Notes: generated by a model from the sequence alone, not told the origin. A stretch of DNA of 64,000 nt from Octopus vulgaris (GCA_951406725.2 OX597834.1:10726001-10790000); one strand, 5' to 3'. Shown: positions 11,800 to 24,073, counted from the stretch's first letter. A program made the numbers and translations.

Positions 11800-12760
11800 G
11801 AAGATGTCTACTAAAACATGAAAAATAGTGAAATGTTGAATACATTTTGTTATAAGTATTCATCCAAAAAATTTCTTGGGAAAAATGATCTGACGATTTG
11901 CTGGGAAAAAAAAAATCAACGGTTGAATTAATTCAGGAACTACAAAAATCTTTCCTCTGTGGCATACAACAGTTGTTTGTTGTATACTTCGTACATTTTT
12001 ATTTTCACATCAATCTTCTTGCTAATTCTAAATATTCACTTAGTAAAAAAAAAAAAAAAACGGAAAAGAAACAAAACAACATACGTAAGGAAAAACAGAT
12101 ATAATGTTGCTAGGCTTATATACATGTAAAGATCAATTACCGATCAATAATTGAATGCTGTAAAGGAAGAAATATAAAAGACAGATCATTTCATATAATG
12201 ATTTCTTCAAGGCTTTTGACAGCTATTTTTTTCTCATTTGTGTATCTTTGAAACAGTAGCCATGAGAAAGTAGCAGCAATAAACTACAGGCGCTTCCAAT
12301 ATGCCATTGAGTGAATGGAAGACACTTGTACAGATCCAAACAATGGAAAGAATTCTAAAAGCATAAACATTTCCTACGCAATGACGAATACTCCAGTAGG
12401 ACGTTTTTCCATCTCTTCGTCTCTCTCTCTCTCTTCTTCGTTCTATTACATTTCTCTTGTTCCTCATTGAGATTTTTAATCGACATGCCATCCTGGATGC
12501 ATAGTTAGATGCTGTGGATTGTCAATCTGTCATTTCCAGTATTTGGATTATGTCATTACGGATGCTGGGAGCGATAAAAACTGGACACATTCTTTAATAC
12601 GATATATACGTTCAGTGGGGACATTGGCGTGAAATACTATTTAGAAACATGCGGCAAGACCATCTTATAGAAGAAAAAAAGATTCCAGTAAAATCACTAA
12701 TATAATTTAAAATAAGATTACGGATGAGACAAGCTGTCAAATACTTAGGTATAAATTAAC
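11800..12760 (+). mobile_element. Highly decayed R4/Dong-like LINE reverse transcriptase relic
   Basis: Residual motifs in the expected order: GLYTCKDQLPIN (~12113-12148; cf. GCKDQLLINK), DFFKAFDS (~12200-12223) and VKYLGI (~12736-12753). Many stops and frameshifts. Confidence 0.5.
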
Positions 12761-12898
12761 CACACAATGTAGAAAATACCCCCAATCCCGCCTCACACAC
12801 AGAGAAAGTTTTTGAATGAGATATTTTATTATTCGTCAGAAGAATAACAAAATGATAAATTGCTATAAATAATGTTATTAGAAATCTCATTGAAGGTG

Positions 12899-13605
12899 TT
12901 CTAGTAATAATTTACAATTACAATACAATCAATTATAATAATGTACAGTTATTAAACTAAAAAATATTACACAGGCGCAGGTGTGGCTGTGTGGTAAATA
13001 GCTTACTTACGAACTATATGGTTCTGGGTTTAGTCCCACTGTGTGGAACCTTGGCCAAGTGTCTTCTACTATAGCCTCGGGCCGACCAAAGCTTTGTGAG
13101 TGGATTTGGTAGACGGAAACTGAAATGAAGCCTGTCGTATATATGTATATACATTCTAGTAATAATTTACAATTACAATCGAATCAATTATAATAATGTA
13201 CAGTTATTAAACTAAAAAAATATTACACAGGCGCAGGTGTGGCTGTGTGGTAAATAGCTTGCTTACGAACTACATAGTTCTCGGTTCAGTCCCACTGCGT
13301 GGTGCCTTGGGCAAGTGTCTTTTACTAAGCCTCGGGCCAACCAAAGCCTTGTGAGTGGATTTGGTAGACGGAAACTAAAAAGAAGCCTGTCGTATATATG
13401 TATATACATGTGTGTGTGTTTCCCCCAGCATCGCTTGACAACCAATGCTGGTGTATTTACGTCCCCGTAACTTAGTGGTTGGGCAAAAGTGACCGATGGT
13501 ATAAGTACTAGGCTTACAGAGAATAAGTCTTGGGGTCGATTTGCTCGACTAAAGGCGGTGCTCCAGCATGGCCGCAGTCAAATGACTGAAACAAATAAAA
13601 TTAAA
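12899..13605 (+). mobile_element. SINE family B (13229-13605) with a ~256-bp tandem duplication of its upstream flank plus 5' half (12899-13154)
   Basis: ctagtaataatttacaattacaat...tattacacaggcgcaggtgtggc occurs at both 12901 and 13156. Confidence 0.9.
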
Positions 13606-13949
13606 AAAAAAACACAAAGCAACAAATTTCAGTATTGTGTTTGTCACAGACATGTGAAATACAGTTTCCGACAAAATCTGTGATGCTGAATTTAGATTTG
13701 ATAACCAAATTTCCTTCACACATCCAGATTTAATGGCCATGACTTTTTCTCCTTTTATTTCTAAATGTTTCCAGTTTGCAAACACACTTTGTTTCTTTTC
13801 TGTGCGATGTTTTATCCTAGTTACGCTTCAATAAATTTAATAGGGCTGGAATTCCTACCATTTTCTAGCTTTTGTAAAAGAATAGTTACAGCCATATGTA
13901 AAGTTACAGCCATATGGTCAGTCATGCTGCAACAACACATACACGTTAC

Positions 13950-14100
13950 ATTATTTACATTATTTACATTCGACGGATATTTGCCCTCATCTTGTTTGTT
14001 GTTAATACAACGTTTCTACTGAAATACCCTCCAGCCTTCATTAGGAATCTTGAGGAATTTCCGAACCTGGGTTCTCATTCCTAAGGTAATTTTCGATGTT
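13950..14100 (-). mobile_element. Penelope-like pseudo-LTR fragment with a degenerate hammerhead motif
   Basis: Minus strand cctaatgaaggctggagggtatttcagtaGAAACGTT resembles CUGAUGA-stemII-GAAAC with several substitutions. Confidence 0.45.
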
Positions 14101-14121
14101 ATTATTATTATTATTATTATT

Positions 14122-14513
14122 CAGTAGTTTGATTTTTATAGCGTGCTTTCACTTCACTACCGAGCGCAGCTCTGTGTGCCTTAGGTATGTGCTGTGATTT
14201 GTTGTGATGCTCTGATGGTTATTGTATGGAAAGTGTTCTGCGTAGGATGTGTGCAGTGCCTAGTAGTGCAATTTTCTGTATGTTATATGTGTTTGTAAGT
14301 CCTGGTGTTTTTGTTATGTATTTGTCTGAATAATTTTTTATCATGCCTAATGCACCTGCTATGATAGGAATTGTTTCTGTTTTTAGATTCCACATTCTGG
14401 TTACCTCTATTTCCAGGTCTTTGTATTTTGAAAGTTTCTCCATTTCTTTTAGAGGCACGTTGTCATCTGCCGGTATTGATACATCAATTAGAAAGCATTT
14501 TTTCTTCATGATC

Positions 14514-14514
<1 letters not shown>
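14122..14514 (-). mobile_element. 5'-truncated R4/Dong-clade LINE (restriction-like endonuclease C-terminus + 3' UTR) inserted in a (TAA)n microsatellite
   Basis: KKCFLIDVSIPADDNVPLKEMEKLSKYKDLEIEVTRMWNLKTETIPIIAGALGMI...QKIALLGTAHILRRTLS* is the R4/Dong REL-domain tail. (TTA)n flanks both ends (14099-14121 and 14515-14580). Confidence 0.9.
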
Positions 14515-14551
<37 letters not shown>

Positions 14552-14892
14552 TATTATTATTATTATTGTTATTATTATCATTATAATTTATACTACTACT
14601 ACCCTGGTGAAGGTTTGTTACGTCATCGGCTACTATCATTAAGGCTGGTCGGAAACAAAGAGCATTACAGAATAAGGGGTCACGTCAAATCGTATAAAAA
14701 TTGGGAAAAGTTAAGCTTTCTTACTTTTTAGCCACAATATGTACATGCATGTGTTTATATGGCAATACTAACGCAGCTGTATCATTATACACATAGATAC
14801 TTAGATATTCGGCTCTTAAGGTAATGAAAATATATATAACTAATAGATATACATATAAACAGAGGCCATGCAATCTCTGCACCAAATGATTA

Positions 14893-15467
14893 TTATTTCT
14901 TTAATGCCCACAATGGGCTAAACTTAGAGGGGACAAAGAAAGGACAGACAAAGGAATTAAGTCGATTACATCGACCCCAGTGCGTAACTGGTATCTATTT
15001 CATCGACCTCGGCGGAATTTGAACTCAGAACTTAGCGGCAGACGAAATTCCTATTTCTTTACTACCCACAGGGGTCTAAACACCGAAGGGACAAACAAAG
15101 ACAGACAGACCGATTAAGTAGCTTATATTGACCCCAGTGCGTAACTGGTACTTAGTATATCGACCCCGAAATGAGGAAAGGCAAAGTCGACCTCGGCGGA
15201 ATTTGAACTCAGAACGTAACGGCAGACGAAATACCTATTTCTTTACTACCCACAGGGGTCTAAACACAGAAGGGACAAACAAGGACAGACAGACGGATTA
15301 AGTCGATTATATCGACCCCAGTGCGTAACTGGTACTTAATTGATCGACCCCGAAAGGATGAAAGACAAAGTCGACCTCGGCGGAATTTGAACTCAGAGCG
15401 TAACGGCAGACAAAATACCGCTAAGCATTTCGCCTGGCGTGCTAACGATTCTGCCAGCTCGCCGCCT
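14893..15467 (-). mobile_element. Trimer of SINE family A (one full head plus two headless units)
   Basis: Units are joined at gaaata-ggtatttcgtctg or ggaatttcgtctg (minus strand). The whole trimer is flanked by ctgcacc(a/g)aatgatt. Confidence 0.9.
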
Positions 15468-15974
15468 TTTCTGCACCGAATGATTCTACGAGCCCTTTCA
15501 TCAATCATCTATCTCACCCTGTTTATCTTTCAGTCTGTTGCATCGAATTACCATTATGTCCAGTGCTTTATATTCAGCCAGTCAATTGTCGCAAATATAT
15601 AGATTGTGGCTACGCAGTGTAAACTTCCTTGTAAGTGCAAAGTTATTTTTGCCTATTTTATTTGATAAAGATCATTGTTTAGAAAAATAAATATAAAAAA
15701 ATCTTTGGAACAGTTATAGCGTTCCATTACAATTATCTATATTCATTACTGATAAAAGTCTGAATACAAAGATGAAGTCATATGTTTTGCGAAATATATA
15801 TTGATATAAAGATAAAATAACTCATTATCTCTTAGATACTTGCAAATAAAGTTAATTAATTCATGTAATATATGATATATATATAAAACATTGAAAAATA
15901 ATAATTCATCATTCCTTTACTTATCTATTACTGCAAGACACATCAATAATTTTGCTTTAAATTATGGACTTGTC

Positions 15975-16309
15975 AACCTTAAATCCTTAAGTCCTTAAAA
16001 ATGCTTCAGCCCGAAGGCTGCGGTCATGCTGGGGCACCACCGCTGAATGAGCTACACTAATATGTGAATCCACCTCTGATACGTGGCACTTGGTCAATAA
16101 GGGAGTTCGATGCAGCTGCCCGCATCTGCGTCTCCTGTCGTGAGGTAGGTTCATCTGGGACTCCCGACAAGAAGAGATTCAGTTTAGTTTTAAAGAAACC
16201 CACATCCACACCATGCAAGTCTCTCAGGCATTTCGGGAGGATGCTGAAGAGCTGTGGTCCTCTGAAACCCATGCTGTTGCAGTATCTGGTCCTGTATTTT
16301 GATGGTGAT
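15975..16309 (-). mobile_element. CR1-group LINE 3' end, copy 1
   Basis: GFRGPQLFSILPKCLRDLHGVDVGFFKTKLNLFLSGVPDEP...AASNSLIDQ resembles the ORF2 C-terminus of invertebrate CR1-group LINEs. The 3' UTR has a stem-loop and a (TTAAGGA)-like tail. Confidence 0.8.
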
Positions 16310-16386
16310 TTTGTATGGATTTCAAATATTTAAGAATCGTAAATATTGTGGAACGCATCAATTATTTTGCTTTAACTTATGGACTT

Positions 16387-16741
16387 GTCAACCTTAAATC
16401 CTTAAAAAATGTTTCAGCCCGAAGGCTGCGGTTATGCTGGGGCACCTCCGCTGAATGAGCTACACTAATATGTGAATCCACATCTGATACGTGGCACTTG
16501 GTCAACAAGGGAGTTCGATACCGCTGTCCGCATCTGTGTCTCCTGTCGTGAGGTAGGTTCATCTGGGACTCCCGATAAGAAGAGATCCAGTTTAGTTTTA
16601 AAGAAACCTACATCCACACCATGCAAGTCTCTCAAGCATTTCGGGAGGATGTTAAAGAGCTGTGGTCCTCTGAAACCCTAGCTGTTGCAGTATCTGGTCC
16701 TGTATTTTGATGGTGATGTTGGAATCTTTGGCACCAAGCAG
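16387..16741 (-). mobile_element. CR1-group LINE 3' end, copy 2 (local duplicate of copy 1)
   Basis: Closely similar to 15975-16309 and extends upstream to CLVPKIPTSPSKYRTRYCNS. Confidence 0.8.
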
Positions 16742-16876
16742 AAGGCTCATATTTTTCATTACTTGACTTACACAGCATTATCTTTGTCAGCTAGTTGACT
16801 ATTGCACCAACACACGAACTAATTATGAGGTCACTAATGGTCTTGAAAACAGATGCAGATGATATAACAGCGCTAC

Positions 16877-17110
16877 GGCGGTGGGCTGGCAGAAACGTTT
16901 GCACGCCGGGTGAAGTGCTTAGCTGTATTTCGTCTGCCGTTACGTTCTGAGTTCAAATTCCGCTGAGGTCGACTTTGCCTTTCATCCTTTCGGGGTCGAT
17001 TAAATAAGTACCAGTTACGCACTGGGGTCGATGTAATCGACTTAATCTGTTTGTCTGTCCTTGATTGTCCTCCTCTGTGTATATAGCTCCTTGTGGGTAG
17101 TAAAGAAATA
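16877..17110 (+). mobile_element. SINE family A, full length
   Basis: TSD gatataa(c/t)agcgctacg on both sides. Confidence 0.92.
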
Positions 17111-18747
17111 GATATAATAGCGCTACGAAATTAGTTGGACGTGGCTGGAATATCTTTGACCATAAGTACTGCTGATTCAGGATGCCATTGGGTTAAATAG
17201 CAACAGCAACGACTGTTTAGCTCTTTACATCGTACCGACTATAAAACTACATTAATTTCTGTATAATCAGCATATAGGACATACGTTTCCTCGTATAAAC
17301 TTATTCTACAAGATATACATTATAGAATTCCACAAGTTTTATTTGCTCCTTTTGTTAAAGCCGCATTGACAATAAACTTTATAATCAGATGATATTCGTC
17401 ATGCGATTCAGGGAAATTGGAGAACGATTTTATGTTCTTTGGAATAATAAAATGGCGATTATATCTCAGTTAACGCATAGATATATAAAACTTCGTAATG
17501 TATTTGACACATTGAGCGAAAATTGATTTGAGGCCATATATCTAATGAAAGTTGCTTTTTGTTTTAATATCAAATCTTGTATGGATTTCAAAAATATTTA
17601 AGAATCGTAAATATTGTGGAACGCATCATTTTTATATTTTATTTATTGGTTTGGTGTGAAAGATGGTGCTGTGCTCTCAGTTTCCACAGCTTCTCCGACA
17701 CCTATGAGATTGCTGCTGTTAACATATGTTGTTGTTAACAGTTGTTAATCAAACAAAGTTAAGAAGCATTGTTGTTCTGGGAAAGTTTCTAGGGCATCAC
17801 ATATACGGCGGAAAAAATAATTTGGCGTAGAATTTAATGGGAAAATTGGGAAATTGGTATTCGCGGAAGAGATCAAGAGACCGCATCAGGAGTTATTGAG
17901 TAGAAGTGGTAGAAGAACAGTAAGCTCCGAGAAAGAGAAACAACTATGGTATCGATATTTATACTTTCGCTTTCGTTTTCGTAAAGCAGATCTTGTTGTT
18001 AGGATAGGAGTTGATTCAGGATAAGCAATCGAATTCACTGCATTTTTAATACGATCTGTTGTATCTGTATACGTATGAGGAATGATATTATTCTAAATGT
18101 AGCTGTCCAGTGTCCGTAACATCTGGTGTTTTGGGAGGATTATTGAAGGTAGAGATTAATGTAGGTTTTTGTGATCTAAAGAGGAATGCCAGTTATGAGA
18201 TGATGTAGTTTTTGCTTTGTTGAGAATGTGGATTTGTCAGAACTAATTGTCAGTCTGTCAACGATACTAAGGTCTGTAATTTAAAAAGGTATAATATACA
18301 TATGGTGGAAGACATGATGGAGTTGAAATACACGCTTTGGATAAGAATTACTACTTTTGTTTCTGTAGTTTCAGCTCAGAGCTGCGGCCATTTTGTCCAA
18401 TTTTCAAAATGGGTCGGCTACGTGGAAGCTTTCTGTCGAAATTACCTCTTTCAGAGCTGCATATTTGAGAAAAAAAGTAAATGATTTTTTTAAAAATTAA
18501 CTAAAATGGAACGTGAATATAAAATATTAAGTAGAATATTTTAGGATGTCTGTTATTTTAGAACATAAAGTTTTCTAATTGCTTATAATACTGGTCCTTA
18601 GTAGGTACTGCGCTCAATATTAGGGCATATATTCATTAAAATTAATTAAAATAATGCAGGGGGAGAATGAAATATTAAGTTGAATATGTTAGGATGTGTG
18701 TTATTTCAGAATATAGCCTTTCGTCTGTTAATATTGCGGGTCCTTGG

Positions 18748-18825
18748 TAGAGTACAGTAGCTGAAACCAGTAATAGAGTACAGTAGCTGGAAACCAGTAA
18801 TAGAGTACAGTAGCTGAGAACCAGT
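18748..18825. repeat. Three copies of a ~27-bp minisatellite
   Basis: tagagtacagtagctg(g/a)aaccagtaa x3. Confidence 0.9.
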
Positions 18826-19049
18826 GTGGGGTCTATATAAAAATAGCAATGCGGTATAATATGTTACGAAAATTAAGAATAAAAAAAGAATACTTTCAAG
18901 TTGAAGTGACAATTTACAGATGACAGTGAAATATATTAAATGTCGAATGGTCGAAGTGTCGAATGGTTTCTGATGGGTCATTGAACTTAAAACGAGGAGA
19001 ATAAACGTTAAAATTTGATATTGAATGATTGAAAACCGGTGACTAATAT

Positions 19050-19560
19050 GAAATGCGTATAATGTGTTACGTTGAAGCAGTGTAAAGCAACGTTTATATG
19101 ACATAAGTAAGGTATTTATTAGATTAATATTGAGAATTAAGTTCATATTAAATGGGAATAACTATAAAATAAATTGAGATGGGTCTAAAATATATAGTGA
19201 AATTATCTATAGAATGATACTGAAATGTTCCATTAATTTTAAATGTAGTTGGATGCTAACTCATTTATATACAGCGACGTGGGAGGAAAAAATACAAAGT
19301 TATAGGTTATAAAGAACTGAAATTACTATTGGATATGACAAACTGAAATTGAACTAAAATTGTGTGCGAGATAGGATGATTTAAAATCTAAAATACCAGT
19401 GGGATATAACAAAACTTAAAATGAATTATGCTGCCGTGGCTGGATGGAGATATTGTAAGAAATTAGATAAAGGTTGAGGAAAGAATTACATATTTCTGAA
19501 AGAAAAAATCGGTATGGATAACCTAAGCACTTAATTTGCGGTTATGTGTGAATACTGCGT
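19050..19560 (+). mobile_element. Possible very old Penelope-like RT relic
   Basis: Faint motifs in plausible order: FILNGNNYK...MG, YSDVG (cf. YRDDG), ALNL.GY (cf. AL..SGY). Heavily decayed. Confidence 0.25.
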
Positions 19561-19807
19561 AAACGTGTATTATCTAGTATGAAAAACAAATTCATATATG
19601 TCAAGGAATCTTAAGATAAAGAAGGTTAGTTATTGATGTGGATAATTAGTTAAGGCAGAAGCTGAAGGGTGATCGTATGTGAGCAAATGAAAATTCTTAT
19701 GATTAAGGATTATGTAGCGCCAATAACAATTGGAGTGGATGTTTATATTGTTATAATAGTCGTTGTTGTAGGACTGCTGCCATGCTGGAGAACCGTGTTA
19801 AATATAT

Positions 19808-19871
<64 letters not shown>

Positions 19872-19874
<3 letters not shown>

Positions 19875-20175
19875 GGTGAGCTGGCAAAATGTCGGCGAGT
19901 TGGCAATAAGGCGGCGAGCTGGCAAAATGGCGGCGAGTTGGCAATAGGGCGGTGAGTTGGCAAAATGGCGACTAGCTGGCAGAATCGTTAGCACGCCGGG
20001 CGAAATGTTTAGCGGTAATTTGTCTGCCGTTAGGTTCTGAGTTCAAATTCCGCCGAGGTCAGCTTTGCCTTTCATCCCTTCGCGGTCGATTAAATAAGTA
20101 CCAGTTATGCACTGTAGTCGATGTAATCGACCTAATTCCTTTGTCTTATCCTTGTTTGTCTCTCTATAGCCCCCT
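19872..20175 (+). mobile_element. SINE family A with its first 19 bp tandemly amplified six times
   Basis: Variants of ggcggcgagctggcaaaat x5-6 at 19872-19984, then a normal body. Confidence 0.9.
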
Positions 20176-21589
20176 GTATATATGTGTGTGTCTATGTGCA
20201 CACACGCATACACACACGCAAACACACATATATATATATAAAGAGAGAGACAAAGAAAGGGAGAGACATTGATAGTTATGTATTTGAGACAAAGACAGAG
20301 ACAATGCGATAATGTAAACATATTGAAAGAATAGAAATATTAATAATCTTGAGTGAACAAATAGAAATCGATAAGAATATTTAAGATCGAACACTAATTC
20401 AGTTTAATGTTTGGGGCAATTATTTTGATGAAAATATTTGAGGGTTCTAAAATGTCTATCGGTAAATCTAGAGCTCTTTTCGGTGAGTAGCAATTAATAT
20501 TAAAAGGCCAAATAAAAGCATATAAATTAAAAAGGTTAAAGATTATCCCCTAGCTGTTGAGAATCGAAATCACAATCTTATACTCTTGGGTGCAACATCA
20601 AAGCTAGGTGCATAAAGCACATGTATTCGTTTCTGGTTTTATTTCTAACTGTTCAATGTTGGAAGTCGTAGAATAATTTCTCTCTAAAATTATATGATGT
20701 TGGAATAAGAGGTTTTAATGTCTTTCTTTATGAGAATTTCTAAATATTTCTTCCATCGAGAGAATTATATTCAAAAGCCATTTAAAATATGTGTAAGTTG
20801 TTTCAATTATTCCCACACAGCATGAATATTCTGAAAGTTTAGTAAAAAGGATATTAAAATGTTATATTGCTCTAGCGCCGACTTCAGTCAAATGATTTTC
20901 TGCTCCAAACATTTCAGCATTGAGCAAATATATGAAATTCTCCTGCAAATGAATGCCGCTCGTAAATCATCAAACATGACCCTTAATTCTAATTCTTTAA
21001 CTATAAAAAAATAATGCCATTTAATACTACAACGAAATGATTTGTTAACCCTTCAAATCAACACAATAATACTGTGTGCACATTTTATCATGTTACAAAT
21101 TCATATATATGAAATAAGCATACATACATTTTAAAATTACATTAATCATTTTTTTCCTATACTCTATCCTTAATTTAACTACTTCTTAATTAATATCATT
21201 GTTACAACATATACTTACTCCCACTATCTGAGGCTCCACGTAATCCTAAATTTAGTATATGGACGCCTTTTCACTCGTCTATTAAGGTCGTACAGCAACA
21301 GCAAGGTTTGTTTATTTGGGCATTCCTTTTTCTCTTTATAACAGGTCGCTGTCTGGAATCGAACTTGGAATCTTGGGGTTAAGAGCGCGGGTTACAAACA
21401 ACCAACAGAAGGCAGCAAAATAATAATAATAACAATAATAATATTAATAATAATAATAATAATAATACGTAAATTACAAAAATGGCTTAATAAAAAAGAA
21501 ACCTAGGAACATCATTACGGCTGTGAATTTGCTGCTAAGCGTAAATGAAGATTGGCTGTATGTTAAGTTAGATGTATATTATTACCTTG

Positions 21590-22141
21590 TGTGTAGTAAA
21601 GAAATAGGTATTTCAGCCGCCGCTGCGTTCTGTGTTCAAATTCCGCCGAGGTCGACTTTGACTTTCATCCTTTCGGGGTCGATATATTAAGTACCCGTTA
21701 CACACTGGGGTCGATGTAATCGACATAATCCGTTTCTCTGTCCTTGTTTGTCCCCTGTGTGTTTAGCCCCTGGTAGGTAGTAACGAAATAGCAATAGGTA
21801 TTTTGTCTGCCACTACGTTCTGAGTTCAAATTTCGCAGTGGTCGATTTTGCTTTTCATCCCTTCGGGTTCAATTAAATAAGGACCAGTTACGCACTGGGG
21901 TCGATATAATTGACTTAATCCATTTGTCTGTCCTTGTTTGTCCCTTCTGCGTTTAGCTCCTAGTGGGTAGTAAAGAAATAGTTATTTCGTCTGCGCTACG
22001 TTCTGAGTTCAAATTCCGCAGCAGTTTATTTTGCATTTCATGCTTTCGGGTTCGATTAAATAAGTATCAGTTACGCACTAGGATCGATGTAATCGATTCA
22101 GTACCTTCCCCGAAATTTGAAGCTTCGTGCTTCCAGTAGAA
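21590..22141 (+). mobile_element. Tandem cluster of three headless SINE family A units
   Basis: Each unit starts after gaaata(g)gtattt and repeats the ttcaaattccgc...ggggtcgat body. Confidence 0.88.
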
Positions 22142-22366
22142 AATACGGCCGTTTACTTTTGTCCTTCACTTTTCAACATATTTCCTGGAGGGGAATATTT
22201 CCATCTACACCGACACTTTCGTTTTTCACGTGAAACTCGAAAATATTGATGGAGAGGAAAGTGTATGCCTTGTTCCCTTTCAATTTGGTTCACCATGATA
22301 AGCACTGCCTGCCCTTCTCAGCCAACAGAGGGCAGCAGGATACACTGCATTGTGGTATTTAGAAAA

Positions 22367-22596
22367 GGCGGCGAGCTGGCAGAAACGTTAGCACGCCGGG
22401 CGAAATGCTTAGCGGTATTTCGTCTGCGTTACGTTGTGAGTTCAAATTCCGCCGAGGTCGACTTTGCCTTTCATCCTTTCGGGGTCATAAATTAAGTACC
22501 AGTTACGCACTGGGGTCGATGTAATCGACTTAATACCTATGTCTGTCCTTGTTTGTCCCCTCTGTGTTTAGCCCCTTGTGGGTAATAAAGAAATAG
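22367..22596 (+). mobile_element. SINE family A, full length and young-looking
   Basis: Intact head aggcggcgagctggcagaaacgttagc; TSD ggtatttagaaa at ~22354 and ~22597. Confidence 0.93.
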
Positions 22597-23499
22597 GTAT
22601 TTAGAAATAGAACACAACAATATTGGCCTGATGGCACAACAATGAATTCATCTGTGTATTATTAACTCTACAAACTCCACTGCTGCCGGCTTTGCCTTTC
22701 ATAATTCCGGGGTCGATAAATTACGTACCAGTCAAGCGCATGGATCGATGATACCGACTTACATCTTCCACTAGAATTGCTGACCTTGTGCTAAAATTTG
22801 AAACCATTATTGAGTCCAATAAAGAATATTTTTTGCTGTTTGCTTTGAATCACATGAAGTATGTTGCTTAAAGAAACGGATAAAACTAATACAAATAAGG
22901 TAATGATATACGTCCAACCTCATCAAAAACCAAATTAGGTATCAAAAATAGTTATAAGATAATAAATGTATTAGAAATCAATAAGAAAAGGAATAAATAT
23001 TCATAATCATGGAGAGACGTAGAGATAGAGATAGATAAATAGATAGGTAGAGATAAATAAAGAGAGAGATAGAGAGCGAGAGAAAGAGAGCGAGAGAGAG
23101 ATAGAGAAAGAGAGAGAGTGTGAGAGATTGAAAGGCAAATGTAATCGATATTTATGCATTTATTCTGTGGGACATGTTTGTCCATTTTGTAGAGAGATAT
23201 TTATGTCGGTTACTAGTCTTAAGACATGCTGCCGAACATAAATGTAATTATACATTCGTATCCATAATAAAAGATACGAGACGTATTAAATACCTTTCTC
23301 TATTTCGAGCATTGTCGTTTTGTGTTTGTTTACATTTTGCGTGTGTATGTATCATGAATGTTTTTTTTTTGGGGGGGCGAGGAGTGTCTTATTTGTTTCA
23401 TTTTCATTTACATTCATTCTTACATATTTTCCCCCTCTCTAATACATTTTACCGAAACCATCAACATCAAGCCTCCATCTTCTCGACACAATCTCAATA

Positions 23500-23703
23500 A
23501 GCTTTCTTCCCGTTTTCCTTTTTCCTTCTTTCTTTCATGCTTTCTTTCTTGCTTGTTTCCTTCCCCATCGTCCCGCCTCCGCTTCTTCTTTTCTTCTTCC
23601 TCTTCTTTTTCTTCTTCTTCCTCTTCTTTTTCTTTTTCTTCTTCTTCTTCTTCTTCTTCTTCTTCTTCTTCTTCTTTTTCTTCTTCTTCTTCTTCTCTCC
23701 TTC

Positions 23704-23735
<32 letters not shown>

Positions 23736-23998
23736 CTTCTTCTTCTTCTTCTCCTTCTTTTTCTTCCCTTCTTTTTTTCTACTTTTTTCTTCTTCTTCTT
23801 TTATGTTCTTCTTCTTTTTCTTCTACTTTTTTCTTCTACTTTCTTCTTCTTCTTCTTCTTCTTCTTCTTCTTCTTCTTCTTCTTTTTCTTCGTCTTCTTT
23901 TTCTTCTACTTTTTTCTTCTTATTTTTCTTCTTTTTCTTCTTCTTCTTCTTCTTCTTCTTCTTCTTCTTCTTCTTCGTTTTCTTCTTCCACTTTTTCT
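23500..23998. repeat. Imperfect (CTT)n polypyrimidine microsatellite
   Basis: Direct reading; source of the poly-Ser/Leu/Phe pseudo-ORFs. Confidence 0.97.
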
Positions 23999-24073
23999 AA
24001 CCTGTCTCCTGTACTTTGATCTGCTGCTCTTGTTTGTATAACAACTATATAGATTATTATTATTATTATTATT

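Noticed and set aside
18706-19146. 146-aa minus-strand ORF
   Set aside because: It includes the 27-bp minisatellite and AT-rich relic DNA, with no recognisable domain.
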